A stretch of DNA of 64,000 nt, taken from NCBI GenBank assembly GCA_965205265.1, contig CBDBGH010000003.1:2080001-2144000 (forward strand). Reading direction: 5' to 3'. The notes under the pieces are model-generated. The model had not been told where the DNA came from, ran no database searches, and saw only the letters and a list, made by a program, of their open reading frames with translations. Made by a program: the position numbers and the translations under genes. Positions within the stretch are counted from its first letter, which is position 1. Every line of letters begins with the position of its first letter. Positions 63,044-64,000 of this stretch are shown here, piece after piece. This stretch comes from Alphaproteobacteria bacterium (GTDB taxonomy: Bacteria; Pseudomonadota; Alphaproteobacteria; Bin95).

Positions 63044-63267
63044 CTCGGACCCTCCGGTTTGCCTGTGAAGAGCTCGCTCTTCCCTCTGGGCACTCTAGAT
63101 GCCGTCGGCCCGAGAGGGTCCAACTCAACCCCCACAACCAACAACATCAGGACAGGGAGGCGTCCATCCCATTTCTATGACACATAGCGCGGCGTCCCGC
63201 CGGGTCGCATGATGAAACATGAGGAGCTCATATGGATAGGTTGACGGGGAGGCCGGCGACACTTTTT

Positions 63268-63289
63268 CCGTCATGCCCGGACTTGTTCC
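63268..63289. repeat. Half of a REP palindrome interrupted by IS66
   Basis: CCGTCATGCCCGGACTTGTTCC; the expected GGGCAT arm is replaced by the IS66 end. Confidence 0.55.
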
Positions 63290-63372
63290 GTATGCGGTGC
63301 GAGCGCCCCACCTTCATACAGGCCTGGTGATGTGGGAGTTAGGGTTCGGAATGAGACGAAGGGAATTTCTCA

Positions 63373-63771
63373 TTGGAGCCCTCAGCAGAGCTTCTCACCA
63401 ACGCCAGGGTTGAAGTGTTGCCGGCGCGTGGCGGCTTTCGCCGTCGCTGGCCGGCTTCGGTGAAAGCGCGGATTGTTGCCGAGACACTGGAGGAAGGCGC
63501 GACGGTCGCCGGGGTAGCGCGTCGCTACGAGATCAACTCGAACCAGCTGTCGGAATGGCGCCGCCAGGCACGGAAGGGCCTTCTGGTGTTGCCTGCGGAG
63601 GGCGAGATGGGTTTTGCTCCGGTGGTCTTGCGTCAGGATGAGCGCCGGGTTCCCGCTGCGGGCAGCGACCGCCTGGAAGTGATCCAGGACCGGGTGACGC
63701 TCCGTCTGGACGCCGCGACACCGGCTTGCCGGATCGCCGAGATCGTGTCGGCGTTGAACGCATCGGTATGA
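63373..63771 (+). CDS. tnpA: IS66 TnpA (HTH)
   Basis: RRRWPASVKARIVAETLEEGATVAGVARRYEINSNQLSEWRR, FAPV. Confidence 0.88.
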   Translation: MEPSAELLTNARVEVLPARGGFRRRWPASVKARIVAETLEEGATVAGVARRYEINSNQLSEWRRQARKGLLVLPAEGEMGFAPVVLRQDERRVPAAGSDRLEVIQDRVTLRLDAATPACRIAEIVSALNASV

Positions 63772-64000
63772 TCTTCCCATCGAACCGGGTCCGGATCGTG
63801 GTTGCGACGAAGCCCGTGGACTTCAGGAAGCAGCACGACGGCCTTGTTGCGCATGTGAAGAGCGTATTGCGCAAGGACCCGTTCACGGGAACGGTCTTCG
63901 CGTTCCGTACGAAACGAGCTGACAGGCTGAAGCTGATCTACTGGGACGGGACCGGCCTGGTGATGGTCTACAAGCGTCTGGAGGACCAGGGCTTTGTCTG
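63768..64000 (+). CDS. tnpB: IS66 accessory protein TnpB (Orf2), truncated by the window edge
   Basis: MIFPSNRVRIVVATKPVDFRKQHDGL...RADRLKLIYWDGTGLVMVYKRLE; ATGA overlap with tnpA. Confidence 0.92.
   Translation, partial: MIFPSNRVRIVVATKPVDFRKQHDGLVAHVKSVLRKDPFTGTVFAFRTKRADRLKLIYWDGTGLVMVYKRLEDQGFV

Larger units (their letters stand above)
61768..63174 (-). mobile_element. IS110-family, IS1111-group insertion sequence
   Basis: Perfect 13-bp subterminal IRs ATGGACGCCTCCC (61775-61787 and 63155-63167); CATTT at both junctions (61768-61772 and 63170-63174); long non-coding region downstream of the transposase. Confidence 0.9.
63290..64000 (+). mobile_element. IS66-family element, left part
   Basis: Starts GTATGCG (IS66 ends typically begin GTA); carries tnpA and tnpB; runs off the window. 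Confidence 0.85.

Overview
GC-rich (about 70%) bacterial chromosomal segment. The gene set (glnE, metY, many ABC and MFS transporters, oxygenases) and the REP-like repeats suggest an alphaproteobacterium (inference). The backbone is catabolic and transport genes: a type II (FecCD-family) ABC importer with a truncated binding protein, a fused hydantoinase/oxoprolinase, two Opp/Dpp-type ABC systems, glnE, metY, LLM and PhyH oxygenases, and two tandem alpha-hydroxy-acid oxidases, plus vapBC-type and higBA toxin-antitoxin pairs. The window is heavily invaded by insertion sequences. (i) Three near-identical copies of a 1916-bp IS1634-family element are each flanked by a perfect, very long direct repeat of different length (161, 93 and 187 bp); one copy carries a nested IS21. 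(ii) An IS1111-group (IS110 family) element has a downstream non-coding region in which target- and donor-guide segments of a bridge/seek RNA can be read directly against its own insertion site and circle junction. (iii) An IS66 starts at the right edge, and a probable IS end lies at the left edge. Less easily explained are two EEP-nuclease genes bracketed by three copies of a 36-66 bp promoter-containing repeat, and a roughly 500-nt promoter-driven structured non-coding region that the IS1111 targets and the IS66 has inserted beside. No rRNA, tRNA or CRISPR array was seen.
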